A stretch of DNA of 15,288 bases, taken from IMG/VR virus record IMGVR_UViG_3300043447_000376, positions 1 to 15,288 of that record, one strand, 5' to 3'. The translations under genes and the position numbers were made by a program. Under the pieces are notes generated by a model that saw only the letters and a program-made list of their open reading frames with translations, was not told where the DNA came from and made no database searches. The stretch comes from a virus. Shown in pieces: positions 15,165 to 15,288 of the stretch. Each line of letters starts with the position of its first letter. The first letter of the stretch is position 1.

Positions 15165-15288
15165 CTATCTTGTATTTACATTGAAGTCAGCAAAGAAGTT
15201 TTCTGTATTTGATAGATTAATTAGTGACCACTTTTGTGGATCAAGCAATGAGGTTATTGATTTTTCTGATTTCCAATAAGTTCCAGCA
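15165..15288 (-). CDS. Duplicate C-terminal 40 codons plus the TAG stop of the 666-aa gene, the same gene as 1..1999 seen across the junction.
   Basis: 15167..15288 equals 1..122. The reading frame ...FADFNVNTR is followed by TAG at 15167..15165. Confidence 0.85.
   Translation of the reverse strand, partial: AGTYWKSEKSITSLLDPQKWSLINLSNTENFFADFNVNTR
15167..15288. repeat. Right copy of the 122-bp terminal repeat, either circular-assembly overlap or terminal redundancy.
   Basis: Identical to 1..122. The junction lies inside an ORF, which favours a circular or permuted genome over fixed physical ends. Confidence 0.95.

Noticed and set aside
1-15288. CRISPR array, a diversity-generating retroelement targeting the fibre genes, an integrase with att sites, or a transposon.
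   Set aside because: There is no spacer-repeat periodicity. There is no reverse transcriptase ORF and I saw no template/variable repeat pair. The LamG repeats are divergent at the DNA level. There is no recombinase ORF.

Overview
The window is a complete, circularly closed or terminally redundant tailed-phage-like genome of about 15,166 bp. Bases 1-122 recur exactly at 15167-15288, and the junction falls inside a gene. All 17-18 credible genes are on the minus strand. Reading in the direction of transcription, the order is: a roughly 500-bp non-coding hub at 12450-12975; a small Zn-ribbon ORF; an HNH endonuclease; a terminator and promoter; a 65-aa acidic protein; a TerS-like protein; two small proteins, one of them membrane-anchored; the large terminase; the portal; the scaffold; a promoter; the major capsid protein; a 144-aa structural protein; a 73-aa ORF; a 1112-aa protein with three LamG domains; a 666-aa LamG fibre-like protein that crosses the junction; a 367-aa ORF; a head-tail adaptor; and two small proteins. 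I could not recognise any polymerase, primase, integrase, repressor or endolysin. Five observations stand out. (1) All three TAG stops lie in the tail module. Two of them are in frame with the next ORF, and those downstream ORFs lack a Shine-Dalgarno (SD) sequence, which suggests amber readthrough or recoding. (2) The 9-mer TGATATAAT, an extended -10 element, occurs six times, always on the coding strand, and five copies are at gene boundaries. (3) The non-coding hub carries alternative-pairing repeats that resemble an attenuator, plus an 11-nt long-range complementarity. (4) Two short promoter-to-terminator units could encode small RNAs. (5) Seven gene junctions overlap as TAATG. All product calls come from motifs read by eye, and no database search was possible.
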